In this document: positions 28,202 to 37,743 of the stretch, piece after piece
How the letters are laid out: each line of letters starts with the position of its first letter
Position numbering within the stretch: the stretch's first letter is position 1
NCBI GenBank assembly: GCA_964414745.1
Contig: CAYPXB010000001.1
Coordinates: forward strand, 140,682-204,681
Source: an uncultured Alistipes sp.
Lineage (GTDB): Bacteria > Bacillota > Clostridia > Oscillospirales > Ruminococcaceae
Direction of reading: 5' to 3'
DNA: 64,000 bases
Made by a program: the position numbers and the translations under genes
Notes under the pieces: generated by a model
The model's input: only the letters and a program-made list of their open reading frames with translations
Databases searched by the model: none
Told to the model about the DNA's origin: nothing

Positions 28202-29181
28202 TTATCCTCTTCCTTATCTTCGGGAATACACGGAACAAGTGCGGCAATGGCAACTTCGATCTGTGAATCATCGGGCTCCCGTGTCGTTATCCTCTGCATG
28301 GCAAGCCCCGGAGCGGACAGAATTCGTGTGAAAAGGTTATCATGATTTCCCGCAAGCCTTATAAGTTCATAAGACACGCCGACCACCAAAGGCAGCAGCA
28401 GCAGACTGCACAGGATCCTCTGCCATACGACGGTGAACGGAACGAAACACATCGCAAAAATGCTGACTATAAGTACTATGAATATGAAACTCGTTCCGCA
28501 TCTTTTGTGAAATCTTGACTGCTTTTTCACATTTTCCACCGTCAGCGGGAGCATAGCCTCGTGGCAGGCTATCGTCTTATGCTCTGCGCCGTGATATTCA
28601 AATTGTCTGCGGATATCTTTCATCAGCCCCGTCAGAGCCATATATCCCACAAAAATAATGATCCTCATGATACCTTCGGCCATAGATCTTATTATGCGTG
28701 AAGATGTTAGCGGTTTTATAATGCTTACGACAAATTTCGGCAGCCACACGAAAAGACCAAGACAGAGAGCAAACGCAAGAATCGTGCCGATCGTCATCGT
28801 TATGTTGAAAAATGCCGATGAATTTTCTTCTTCCTCTTTTTCCTCCTCCGTCATCTGCTTTTCCGCCGATCTCATTATATATTTGTAGCCTTTTACAAGA
28901 GAGATAACGAAATTCACGCACCCCCTGACAAGCGGTACTTTTTTATACCAGGGTGCGTTTTTTCCGTTTCGCTCGTCCCACGTCTCAAGGTCGATCGAGC
29001 CGTCCGGCAGGCGGCACGCCATGGCGCCTTTATTCGGACCGAGCATCATGATCCCCTCAATGAGAGCCTGCCCTCCGATCTTTGATTTGAATTTTTCGCC
29101 GTTTTCCGGGGGCGAATTTTTTTTGCTCATACAGCCTGCAACTCCTGTTTTATTTATTTCCGGGAATATTTTATCCGGCAT
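28195..29181 (-). CDS. DUF1385 family membrane protein (the usual prmC-associated gene)
   Basis: GGQALIEGIMMLGPN...AMACRLPDG N-terminus, a central TM bundle and EYHGAEHK motif. The alternative start at 29130 has an AGGAG upstream. Confidence 0.8.
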   Translation of the reverse strand: MPDKIFPEINKTGVAGCMSKKNSPPENGEKFKSKIGGQALIEGIMMLGPNKGAMACRLPDGSIDLETWDERNGKNAPWYKKVPLVRGCVNFVISLVKGYKYIMRSAEKQMTEEEKEEEENSSAFFNITMTIGTILAFALCLGLFVWLPKFVVSIIKPLTSSRIIRSMAEGIMRIIIFVGYMALTGLMKDIRRQFEYHGAEHKTIACHEAMLPLTVENVKKQSRFHKRCGTSFIFIVLIVSIFAMCFVPFTVVWQRILCSLLLLPLVVGVSYELIRLAGNHDNLFTRILSAPGLAMQRITTREPDDSQIEVAIAALVPCIPEDKEEDKW

Positions 29182-29193
29182 TCCGCCGCACAG

Positions 29194-30591
29194 TCAGGAA
29201 ATGGCCGGAAGCGTGATGATGACAGTCGTTCCTTTCCCTTCCTGACTTTTTATATCCAGAGTGCCTCCGTGCATCGTTATTATCTCGTCCGCGACCGCGA
29301 GGCCGATACCTGAGCCGCGTCTTGTGTGGTTTGCCTTGAAAAATTTTGTCTTTACGTGCGGAAGGTCGGATTCCTTTATCCCGCAGCCTGTGTCCGATAC
29401 CGTTATCTTTACGTCTGAGCCCGACCGTCCGGCCTTTATCGTTACGGTATCGCCGGGTGATGAATATTTGACCGCATTGTCTATAATATTTATAAAGACC
29501 TGGCGTATTCTGTTCTTATCGCCGTAAACAAACGGGAGCATTTCAGGTTCTTCGTATATTATCCTTATGTTATCCCGTTTTGCCTTGTCGCTGTAGATAA
29601 GCACGGCGTCTCCGAGTTCCGCGAGAACATCCATTGTCGCGCTTTGAAGCGTAAAATGTCCGCTTTGCATACGGGAAAAGTCGAGAAGTTCCTCAACCAT
29701 CTGAGAAAGTCTCTCCGTTTCGCTTACGATGACGCTTACACCTTTTTTCATGGTGTCGGGATTGTTGCCCTTGTCCATCATAAGTGTTTCCGCCCAGCCT
29801 TTTATGGCCGTAAGAGGAGTTCTCAACTCATGGGAAACAGATGAGATAAACTCATTTTTCATGGCCTCCGCCGCGGACAGCTCATCCGCCATATGATTTA
29901 TTGCGGTGCAAAGCTCGCCGATCTCGTCGTCGCTGTTGTTTTTGATGCGAACCGAGAAATCGCCCTTCGCGAAGTTCATTGCTATCGTGCTTATCTGCCG
30001 TATCGGTTTCGCTATGGAGCCGGCAAAGAATATGCCCGTTGTCACGATGACAAGCAGAATTGCGAGGGCTATCACGGTAAAAGTGAAAATATATGTTTTC
30101 ACGGTATTGTCGATCTCGGTAAGAGATGTTACCATTCTTATCGCGCTGTATTCGCCGCTCAGGGAAGAGATAGGGACTGAAACAGCCATTATCTTTTCGC
30201 CGCTTTGCATTTTTCCGACATAGTATCCGTTTCCGGATTCGAGCGATTCCTCATAATCCGGCATAGAGGCGTTGATATCGGGAGAAAATCCCGAAGATGT
30301 CAGAACGACTCTGCCCTTGGAGTTGATCGCCATAAGCTCTATCTTGTCTTTTTCGTTGAATGTTTCAAGCGTATTTCTCATTTCGGATGAAAAATTCGCC
30401 GAACTGTCCTGTGCGTGGATGCTCAGAACACTTGTTACGGCATTAAGTTTTGAAACAAGATACTGACGGGCGGAACTGTAATAATAGTTTTGCACGGCAT
30501 ATATAAAAATTATCTCTATGACCACCATCATCATTATGACGATTCCCAGATTATTGGTGATCCAGCGCCTCGTAATACTCTTTTTTGCCAT
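29194..30591 (-). CDS. Sensor histidine kinase (2 TM, extracytoplasmic loop, HAMP, HisKA, HATPase)
   Basis: H-box EFISSVSHELRTPLTAIKGW, N-box NIIDNAVKYS, and G-boxes DTGCGI and GSGIGLA. Confidence 0.92.
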   Translation of the reverse strand: MAKKSITRRWITNNLGIVIMMMVVIEIIFIYAVQNYYYSSARQYLVSKLNAVTSVLSIHAQDSSANFSSEMRNTLETFNEKDKIELMAINSKGRVVLTSSGFSPDINASMPDYEESLESGNGYYVGKMQSGEKIMAVSVPISSLSGEYSAIRMVTSLTEIDNTVKTYIFTFTVIALAILLVIVTTGIFFAGSIAKPIRQISTIAMNFAKGDFSVRIKNNSDDEIGELCTAINHMADELSAAEAMKNEFISSVSHELRTPLTAIKGWAETLMMDKGNNPDTMKKGVSVIVSETERLSQMVEELLDFSRMQSGHFTLQSATMDVLAELGDAVLIYSDKAKRDNIRIIYEEPEMLPFVYGDKNRIRQVFINIIDNAVKYSSPGDTVTIKAGRSGSDVKITVSDTGCGIKESDLPHVKTKFFKANHTRRGSGIGLAVADEIITMHGGTLDIKSQEGKGTTVIITLPAIS

Positions 30592-31292
30592 TACTGCGGA
30601 TCATTCCATTTGTATCCGTATCCCCATATAGTGATTATATATTTGGGATTTGACGGTTCATCTTCTATTTTCATCCTGATGCGCCTTATATTGACATCGA
30701 CGATCTTGTCATCGCCGTAATAGCTTTCGCCCCATATATGATTGAGTATGCTCGCCCGGTCAAGAGCTGTATTCTTGTTGTTCATAAAATACTCCAGTAT
30801 CTGATATTCCACCTGGGTAAGCTCTATCTGCCGGCCGTTTTTCGATACGGTACGGCTTTTCAGATTGAGGACAAACGGACCGGATTCGACAACAGACTGT
30901 TTCTCGTTTTTTATAAAGCTCATGCTGACTCGCCTGTATATCGCGTCAACGCGCGCGGTAAGCTCGGACGGTGAAAAAGGTTTTGTTATATAATCGTCCG
31001 CTCCTATCATAAGACCGCTGACTTTATCCATTTCCTGTGTTCTCGCCGAGAGCATGATAATGCCTATGGTCGAACTTTTTTCGCGGATCTTTTTGCAAAC
31101 GGTAAATCCGTCTATACCGGGCAGCATTATGTCAAGAAGAACGATATCGAAATTTCCGTGTTCTTCCTCAAAAGTTTTCAATGCCGCCTCTCCGCAGTCA
31201 ACATCCACGACGTCATATCCTGCGCGATTAAGGTTTATGACGACAAACTCGCGGATAGGAGCCTCGTCCTCACATACAAGTATGCGCTTCAT
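30591..31292 (-). CDS. OmpR-family response regulator
   Basis: Receiver domain with ILVCEDE...LLDIMLPGIDG, and a C-terminal winged helix (VEYQILEYF...WGYGYKW). Its stop overlaps the HK start. Confidence 0.95.
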   Translation of the reverse strand: MKRILVCEDEAPIREFVVINLNRAGYDVVDVDCGEAALKTFEEEHGNFDIVLLDIMLPGIDGFTVCKKIREKSSTIGIIMLSARTQEMDKVSGLMIGADDYITKPFSPSELTARVDAIYRRVSMSFIKNEKQSVVESGPFVLNLKSRTVSKNGRQIELTQVEYQILEYFMNNKNTALDRASILNHIWGESYYGDDKIVDVNIRRIRMKIEDEPSNPKYIITIWGYGYKWNDPQ

Positions 31293-31345
31293 CGGATCCC
31301 CTCCTTTTATGTTCAGATACTGTAACCGAAAATCGGAATGCCGGT

Positions 31346-32662
31346 TTATTCTTTGAATTTGAAACGTACGGCGACGTCACCGGGTGTAAGAAACAGCGTA
31401 CTGTCACCGGTTTGTGAAAATGGCGGAATATAAGCAAGATACGCAGATCCGCCCTTCGTGTGCATCAGCATATAGCCGTTTGAGATCCTGTCTTCCCTTG
31501 AGGCAGAGTCGGTCGCCACGAATACCCGCAGAAGCTCGCTACCTGTAATTTTTCCGTCAAACTCGTAAAATACGATCTCATCGTTTACGGAATCTCTCCG
31601 GACGGTGACCTTGTTTTTCCAGTTTTCGGGTATCAGAAAGATATATCCGTCGGTGACACTGTAATATGAAGAGTATTTTTGTTTAAGCTGCCGATCCTCG
31701 TCAATATACATCCAGTTTGTTATCTTGATCTGTTCGCTTTCCGGAACATCCTCATTGCCGGGAAATATATCCTGAACCGGTATCTCAGGTACTCCGTCCG
31801 AGTCTATATCGAACGAATTGCAGCCGGACGGGCGCACCGTCGAAAGACTTTGCTCCGGAGTTGAGAAAATTTTATTCAGACCGCCTGAATCCATGTAGAC
31901 TATATCTGTCTGTATCATGCCGGCACCCGATACGGCGTCAATATAAAGGCCCTTTTTTCCGTCCCCGATCTCGCCGTAAACAAGGCTGTCAAATTCCGTG
32001 AAACTGCCGCTCAGTTCCCGCGTATACTGATGATATTTACCATTATCGTCCAGTTTGTATGCCTGAGCCACCGCCGGAGAATCCGACGCCTGCGCTGTGA
32101 GCAGGAGAAATTCGTTCTGATCGTCCATATCAAGATCCGTGACGTCGATAAAAGAATATGATGAGGAAAAATTTTTCTTTATCGTACCGTCGCCGTAATT
32201 ATAGATCGAAACCGTCTTTTCGGAGCGGTTTATGAGGTTGCTGCCGATTATAAGATTTATGCGGTCATTCGATCCGAGTTTCGAGATGATGACCTTTTCG
32301 ATCTCCGAACCGTCTGCGGGAGTGTCACAGACAGAACTCCATTTTCCGTCCGATCTGTCCAGTATATTTATTCTGAGTGTATTTTCTTCCACTGTAAGGC
32401 CGGTCTTTTCATAAAAGACCATTGCTTCATTTACCCCGTCACCGTCGAGATCTTCTATAATGAAAGAAGACAGATAAGAGCCGGACGTCGGGTATTTGAG
32501 CCTTATTGACGTTCCTGTGGCATCGGTCAGCGCACTGTATATCTGTTCCTGATCCACGCTGAGTTTGGGCGGGGTCATAAGAGTATCTATACCCGAACCG
32601 AATGAACAGCCGCATAACACAGCGGTCGCGAGGACGGGAGCGATAAATTTTACGGTTTTCAA
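31346..32662 (-). CDS. Lipoprotein with FG-GAP-like Asp-rich loops, function unknown
   Basis: TTG start behind GGAGG. Signal peptide with lipobox LCGC. DLDGDGVNE, DLDMDDQNE and DIDSDGVPE loops are spaced about 100 aa apart. It is the first gene of the train that continues into the two-component system. Confidence 0.6.
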   Translation of the reverse strand: MKTVKFIAPVLATAVLCGCSFGSGIDTLMTPPKLSVDQEQIYSALTDATGTSIRLKYPTSGSYLSSFIIEDLDGDGVNEAMVFYEKTGLTVEENTLRINILDRSDGKWSSVCDTPADGSEIEKVIISKLGSNDRINLIIGSNLINRSEKTVSIYNYGDGTIKKNFSSSYSFIDVTDLDMDDQNEFLLLTAQASDSPAVAQAYKLDDNGKYHQYTRELSGSFTEFDSLVYGEIGDGKKGLYIDAVSGAGMIQTDIVYMDSGGLNKIFSTPEQSLSTVRPSGCNSFDIDSDGVPEIPVQDIFPGNEDVPESEQIKITNWMYIDEDRQLKQKYSSYYSVTDGYIFLIPENWKNKVTVRRDSVNDEIVFYEFDGKITGSELLRVFVATDSASREDRISNGYMLMHTKGGSAYLAYIPPFSQTGDSTLFLTPGDVAVRFKFKE

Positions 32663-32720
32663 AATAACCTCCGCATCAAAGAACCGGATAATAAGATCAC
32701 CGGAATATATCTGTCAGATA

Positions 32721-32749
32721 ATTATACACCATTTTTTGATAAATGTCAA
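32721..32749 (-). promoter_or_regulatory. SigA-type promoter heading the lipoprotein/TCS/prmC/recA train
   Basis: The minus strand reads TTGACA, 17 nt, TATAAT. Confidence 0.7.
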
Positions 32750-32832
32750 TTATAATAAGACCCAGTTATGATGAAAATTGTATTTATCCGGCAGACGGAG
32801 GAGCAAAAAATTTCGGATATCCGATAAAATGC

Positions 32833-32861
32833 TTGACTTTTCAGAACCGCTGTGTTATAAT
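32833..32861 (+). promoter_or_regulatory. SigA-type promoter for tRNA-Thr
   Basis: TTGACT, 17 nt, TATAAT. The -10 ends 24 nt before the tRNA 5' end. Confidence 0.7.
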
Positions 32862-32885
32862 ACTGAATGTCGGGGGTTAAAAGGT

Positions 32886-32961
32886 GCTAGTGTGGCTCAG
32901 TAGGTAGAGCAGTTCACTCGTAATGAACAGGTCGCCCGTTCGACTCGGGTCACTAGCTCCA
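32886..32961 (+). tRNA. tRNA-Thr (anticodon CGT), CCA encoded
   Basis: Manual cloverleaf: acceptor GCTAGTG/CACTAGC, anticodon arm GTTCA-CTCGTAA-TGAAC, T-arm GCCCG-TTCGACT-CGGGT. Length 76 nt. Confidence 0.9.
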
Positions 32962-32981
32962 GAAAGCCGGCATCCGGCGCG

Positions 32982-33014
32982 GATCCGCACATTCCTGTGT
33001 GCGGGTCTTTTTTT
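32982..33014 (+). terminator. Intrinsic terminator after tRNA-Thr
   Basis: Hairpin ccgcaca...tgtgcgg followed by a 7-T run. Confidence 0.75.
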
Positions 33015-33030
33015 GAGTACAGATCTCAGA

Positions 33031-33065
33031 CAAAAGCTCCGGTCATTGTGTGACCGGAGCTTTTA
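33031..33065. terminator. Bidirectional intrinsic terminator (serves the adhE/kinase unit on the minus strand)
   Basis: 11-bp stem agctccggtca / tgaccggagct, flanked by AAAA and TTTT. Confidence 0.7.
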
Positions 33066-33071
33066 TATTAT

Positions 33072-33821
33072 TCAGTCATAATCGACGACATTTACCCATC
33101 TTAAAAGAAACTCCCGTTCCTCCTCGTTACCCTTTACCGACTGGGAAGCCGCAACGATCGGCATCCACTTCTGAACATATTCTCTTGCCGTGCCGCTTTT
33201 TTCGCAGAACAGTGAGAGGTATTTTTCGGCGTATTCCGTATTTCCGTTCAGGCAGAAGAGCAGATAAGTCCTCGCGGCGTCGGCAGACGCGTTTCCCTGA
33301 GTGACGTGCGACCAGTCAATGATATAAGGCGTTCCGTCATCCGAGATTATAATATTTGAGGGATTGAAATCACCGTGGCAGATCTTATTATGCTTGGGCA
33401 TACCCTCAAGGCGTGTATGAAGTTCATAGCGTGTTGTTGAATCAAGATCTGTCTGGCTGATCTTGCGGTTCATCTTATCCTTGAGCTTATTGAGCATCGG
33501 GCAGGTCTTTGCCTGCACCGAGATCTGAAGATTTACGAAAAAATCGAGATACTCGTCTTTTTTTCCGGGATCTTTTTCGATAAGCTGTGCGAGCGTGTCG
33601 CCTTTTATGTAATCAAAGACGATGGCCCACTGTCCGTCCGTTGTCGTCACTTCGAGAACTTTCGGTATCGGGATACCTGTTTCCTCGATACGGGCAGAGT
33701 TCAGAGCCTCATTGAGGACATCCTGTTTTGAAAAATCATGGTTGAAAAGTTTTATACACCTGTCGCCGTCACGGTAGATCTTTTTGTTTTTTCTGACAGC
33801 TATAACATTATCTAGTTTCAT
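33072..33821 (-). CDS. Phosphotransferase-family kinase (aminoglycoside/choline kinase-like fold)
   Basis: Brenner motif CHGDFNPSNIII plus IIDWSHV. 249 aa. It starts 21 nt after the adhE stop. Confidence 0.7.
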   Translation of the reverse strand: MKLDNVIAVRKNKKIYRDGDRCIKLFNHDFSKQDVLNEALNSARIEETGIPIPKVLEVTTTDGQWAIVFDYIKGDTLAQLIEKDPGKKDEYLDFFVNLQISVQAKTCPMLNKLKDKMNRKISQTDLDSTTRYELHTRLEGMPKHNKICHGDFNPSNIIISDDGTPYIIDWSHVTQGNASADAARTYLLFCLNGNTEYAEKYLSLFCEKSGTAREYVQKWMPIVAASQSVKGNEEEREFLLRWVNVVDYD

Positions 33822-33842
33822 TACTGCACCCTCCCTTTATGA

Positions 33843-36506
33843 TTATTTGTTTCCGGGATCCGATCCGGAAAGCTGTGACGCGTCCGGCATTTCGCTCTCG
33901 ACAAATGTTTTTCCGTAATACGCATTCAGATACATCTGCTTTATTTCTTCTATGAGCGGATAGCGCGGGTTTGCGCCTGTGCACTGGTCATCGAATGCCT
34001 GTTCCGACATATCATCAAGTCTGCGCAGAAAATCCGCTTCATCCGGGACGTAATCGCGTATCGTCGGCTTGATGCCGATCTTTTCTTTAAGATCGTCAAT
34101 GGCGCTTATGAGATTTTCAAGTTTTTCCTCGTCACTGCTGCCGCCGAGGCCGAGATAATCGGCGATCTCGGCATATCTTGCAAGCGTGTGCGGATGGTCG
34201 TACTGCGAGAATGTACCCATTTTCGCGGGAGCTTCGGAGGCGTTATATCTGAGGACTTCGTCAATCATAAGGGCATTTGCGATACCGTGGGCTATATGGT
34301 GGAACGCGCCGAGCTTATGTGCCATGGAGTGGCACACTCCGAGAAATGCGTTTGCGAAAGCCATTCCTGCCATAGTCGCGGCGTTTGCCATCTTTTCACG
34401 GGCCTCGGCATCATTCGGACCGTTGTCATAAGCGCGCGGCAGATATTCGAATATCGTCTTAAGCGCCTTCAGTGCAAGACCGTCCGTGTATTCCGTTGCC
34501 ATAACGGAAGCATACGCCTCAAGAGCGTGAGTTACGGCGTCAATACCGGAAGCGGCGGTGAGGCCCTTGGGAGCCGTCATATGGAAATCGGTATCGATGA
34601 TCGCCATATTGGGCATAAGCTGGTAATCCGCGAGAGGATATTTTACGCCGGTATTTTCATCGGTGATGACCGCGAACGGAGTTACTTCCGAACCGGTGCC
34701 CGCCGATGTCGGAACAGCGATGAAATACGCTTTTTCACCCATTTTCGGGAAAGTATATATACGCTTTCTTATATCCTGAAAACGCATTGCCATATCCATA
34801 AAATCAGCGTCCGGGTGTTCATACAGCACCCACATGATCTTTGCCGCGTCCATCGCGGATCCGCCGCCGACGGCGATGATACAGTCGGGAGCGAACGCTC
34901 TCATCTGTTCCGTGCCGGCTTTCGCGCAGGCGAGTGTCGGATCGGGGGCGACATCGAAGAACGTCGCGTGTTCGATGCCTATTTCCTCAAGTTTATCGGT
35001 GACCGGCTTCGTGTAACCGTTCTTGTACAGGAAACTGTCGGTAACGATGAATGCTCTTTTCGCGTTTCTTACCGTTCTGAGTTCATCAAGCGCCACGGGC
35101 AGACAGCCCTTTTTGATGTATACCTTTTCAGGTGTTCTGAACCAAAGCATATTCTCTCTCCTTTCAGCCACGGTCTTTATGTTGAGAAGGTGCTTGACAC
35201 CCACATTTTCGGAAACTGAATTTCCTCCCCACGAGCCGCATCCGAGGGTGAGCGACGGTGTGAGTCTGAAATTGTAAAGATCTCCGATACCTCCGTGAGA
35301 AGAAGGAGTATTTACGAGTATGCGGCAGGTCTTCATCCTCTCGGCAAATTCATCGAGTTTATCACGGGATGAGTTTACGTCAAGATATATCGATGAAGTA
35401 TGACCGTATCCTCCGTCGGCGATGAGACGTTCGGCTTTCGCGAAAGCGTCCTGTATGTCACGTGCCTTGTACATGGCAAGAACAGGCGAAAGTTTTTCAT
35501 GGGCAAATTCCTCTGAAAGATCCGTGCTCTCCACTTCGCCAATGAGGATCTTCGTACCTTCCGGAACCTGTACTCCGGCAAGGGATGCGATCTTATGCGC
35601 TTTCTGACCGACGATCTTCGCGTTGAGCGAACCGTTTATGATGATCGTCTTTCTGACTTTTTCGATCTCATCGGGCTTGAGGAAATAACAGCCTCTGGAT
35701 GCAAATTCCCGTTTTACACTGTCATAAACGTTCTCATGGACGATGACGGACTGCTCGGAAGCGCATATCATACCGTTATCAAAAGTTTTTGAATGTATTA
35801 TCGAGTTTACGGCAAGCAGGATATCAGCCGTCTCATCGATTATCGCGGGAGTATTTCCGGCACCTACTCCGAGAGCCGGTTTTCCCGAAGAATACGCTGC
35901 TTTGACCATTCCGGGTCCGCCGGTCGCAAGGATTATATCAGACTCTTTCATGAGAAGATTCGTCATCTCCAGAGACGGAATATCGATCCACGAGATTATA
36001 TCATCGGGAGCTCCGGCGTCGACTGCCGCTTCCAGCACGACCTTGGCGGCGGCTATAGTTGATTCTTTGGCGCGCGGGTGAGGGCTTATGATAATTCCGT
36101 TGCGTGTTTTAAGGGCGACGAGCGTTTTGAAAATAGCCGTTGAAGTCGGGTTTGTCGTGGGGATGACCGCTCCGATAACGCCGATAGGCTCTGCTATCTT
36201 TTTTATTCCGTATGCTTTGTCTTCTTCGATGACGCCGCAGGTTTTTGTATCTTTATAAGCGTTGTAAATGTACTCAGAGGCATAATGATTTTTTATGACT
36301 TTGTCTTCGACAACGCCCATTCCGGTCTCCCGGACGGCAAGTTTCGCAAGCGGAATACGCTGTTTATTGGCGGCGGAAGCGGCTGCGAGAAAGATCCTGT
36401 CGACCTGTTCCTGTGTGAAAGCCGCAAATTTCCGCTGAGCTTCCCTGACACGGGCGATCGCTTTCTCCAGCTTTTCGACTCCGTCAACGATTTCATAATT
36501 TTTCAT
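33843..36506 (-). CDS. adhE: Bifunctional acetaldehyde-CoA/alcohol dehydrogenase AdhE
   Basis: An N-terminal ALDH domain (catalytic MICASEQS) is fused to an Fe-ADH domain (GGGSAMDAAK and a His cluster). CAGGAGG lies before the ATG at 36506. The ORF-track extension to 36590 is upstream leader sequence. Confidence 0.97.
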   Translation of the reverse strand: MKNYEIVDGVEKLEKAIARVREAQRKFAAFTQEQVDRIFLAAASAANKQRIPLAKLAVRETGMGVVEDKVIKNHYASEYIYNAYKDTKTCGVIEEDKAYGIKKIAEPIGVIGAVIPTTNPTSTAIFKTLVALKTRNGIIISPHPRAKESTIAAAKVVLEAAVDAGAPDDIISWIDIPSLEMTNLLMKESDIILATGGPGMVKAAYSSGKPALGVGAGNTPAIIDETADILLAVNSIIHSKTFDNGMICASEQSVIVHENVYDSVKREFASRGCYFLKPDEIEKVRKTIIINGSLNAKIVGQKAHKIASLAGVQVPEGTKILIGEVESTDLSEEFAHEKLSPVLAMYKARDIQDAFAKAERLIADGGYGHTSSIYLDVNSSRDKLDEFAERMKTCRILVNTPSSHGGIGDLYNFRLTPSLTLGCGSWGGNSVSENVGVKHLLNIKTVAERRENMLWFRTPEKVYIKKGCLPVALDELRTVRNAKRAFIVTDSFLYKNGYTKPVTDKLEEIGIEHATFFDVAPDPTLACAKAGTEQMRAFAPDCIIAVGGGSAMDAAKIMWVLYEHPDADFMDMAMRFQDIRKRIYTFPKMGEKAYFIAVPTSAGTGSEVTPFAVITDENTGVKYPLADYQLMPNMAIIDTDFHMTAPKGLTAASGIDAVTHALEAYASVMATEYTDGLALKALKTIFEYLPRAYDNGPNDAEAREKMANAATMAGMAFANAFLGVCHSMAHKLGAFHHIAHGIANALMIDEVLRYNASEAPAKMGTFSQYDHPHTLARYAEIADYLGLGGSSDEEKLENLISAIDDLKEKIGIKPTIRDYVPDEADFLRRLDDMSEQAFDDQCTGANPRYPLIEEIKQMYLNAYYGKTFVESEMPDASQLSGSDPGNK

Positions 36507-36614
36507 TCCGATTTTTACCTCCTGTATGGCACTTTGTAAAATAATATGCGTGATTTTTAAGACCCCGTGATCACAACCGGCAAGCAGCACCTCACACGGT
36601 ATCTGATCTTAGAT

Positions 36615-36643
36615 ATTATACCACAATATTCATAAAATGTAAA
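36615..36643 (-). promoter_or_regulatory. SigA-type promoter for adhE (about 100-nt leader)
   Basis: The minus strand reads TTTACA, 17 nt, TATAAT, with a TGg extended -10. Confidence 0.6.
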
Positions 36644-36697
36644 GAGAAATGTAAACTATATTTTGGATATTATTAAAATATACTTTTGAAAAAACAC

Positions 36698-36726
36698 TTG
36701 ATTTGTTCTGAAAAATATTATATAAT
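36698..36726 (+). promoter_or_regulatory. SigA-type promoter for birA-GDPD
   Basis: TTGATT, 17 nt, TATAAT. Confidence 0.6.
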
Positions 36727-36759
36727 TACAGTGTGTTGTTTTCTGAAAGGATCGATGCT

Positions 36760-37743
36760 ATGAGTGTGAAGACCGAACTTCTCGAAACGCTTGCCGTATC
36801 CGCAGATGATTTTATTTCGGGTGCGGGACTTGCGAAAAAACTCGGTGTGAGCCGTAACGCGGTCTGGAAATCCGTAAAGGCTCTGGAGGAAGAGGGCTTT
36901 TTGATAGAGTCCGAAAGAGGGAAAGGATACAGGATATCCGAAAGAAACAATCATCTTTCCGCCCCCGTCATAGCGGGAAGACTGCGGACGAAAGCCCTCG
37001 GGAGAGATCTTACGGTGCTTGATACAGCCGGGTCGACAAACAATGTTGCGAAGGAACTTGCGTCCTCGGGTGCCGCTCACGGCACGACGGTCATCGCCGA
37101 TACCCAGACAGGCGGAAAAGGCCGCATGGGCAGAAAATTTGTCTCGCCTGCGGGAAAAGGGCTTTATATGAGTGTCGTGATAAGGCCGGAGATAAGCATT
37201 GAAACGGCGCAGCTTATCACATCCTGCGCGGCCTGTGCCGTGGCTGAGACGATCGAGGAATTGTGCGGATGTCGCACGGGGATAAAATGGGTGAACGATA
37301 TTTATATCGGCGGGAAAAAAGTATGCGGTATACTGACGGAAGCTTCCATGAGCGTTGAAAATGCCGCGCTTGAATATGCTGTCATAGGTATCGGGATAAA
37401 TGTCTTTTCCTCGGAAAAAGAAATGGGAGAAGATCTTTTGCGTATTGTGTCTTCTGTCGAAAGTGAGACGGGAAAGAAGATAAACCGTGATCTGCTCGCT
37501 GCAGAGCTTCTGAACAGACTTGAAATGCGTCTTGAAAACATCACCGGTCGGGATTTTATTGAGGATTACAGGAAGAGGGAACTGCTGACGGGAAATATTA
37601 TAACCCTCAATACAGCGGGGAAACAGACAGAATGCCGGGCGATCGGCATCGACGACAACGCTAATCTTATTGTAGAGCTTGCTGACAGAACTGTCAGGGC
37701 AATAAATTCAGGGGAGGCAAACCTGTGCAGGATAAAAAAATAA
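36760..37743 (+). CDS. birA: Bifunctional biotin--[acetyl-CoA-carboxylase] ligase / repressor BirA (class II, with HTH)
   Basis: N-terminal HTH (ISGAGLAKKLGVSRNAVWKSVKALEEEG), GRGRxGR-type loop GGKGRMGRKF, and KWVNDIY. Confidence 0.9.
   Translation: MSVKTELLETLAVSADDFISGAGLAKKLGVSRNAVWKSVKALEEEGFLIESERGKGYRISERNNHLSAPVIAGRLRTKALGRDLTVLDTAGSTNNVAKELASSGAAHGTTVIADTQTGGKGRMGRKFVSPAGKGLYMSVVIRPEISIETAQLITSCAACAVAETIEELCGCRTGIKWVNDIYIGGKKVCGILTEASMSVENAALEYAVIGIGINVFSSEKEMGEDLLRIVSSVESETGKKINRDLLAAELLNRLEMRLENITGRDFIEDYRKRELLTGNIITLNTAGKQTECRAIGIDDNANLIVELADRTVRAINSGEANLCRIKK

Noticed and set aside
31346-32662. Dockerin module in the 438-aa lipoprotein (D-x-D-x-DG loops)
   Set aside because: The Asp loops are about 100 aa apart. 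Dockerins have two adjacent ~22-aa repeats. An FG-GAP/propeller-type calcium loop is the better reading.
36507-36590. 28-aa N-terminal extension of the adhE ORF
   Set aside because: A strong CAGGAGG RBS precedes the internal ATG at 36506, and AdhE homology starts there. The extension is leader sequence.
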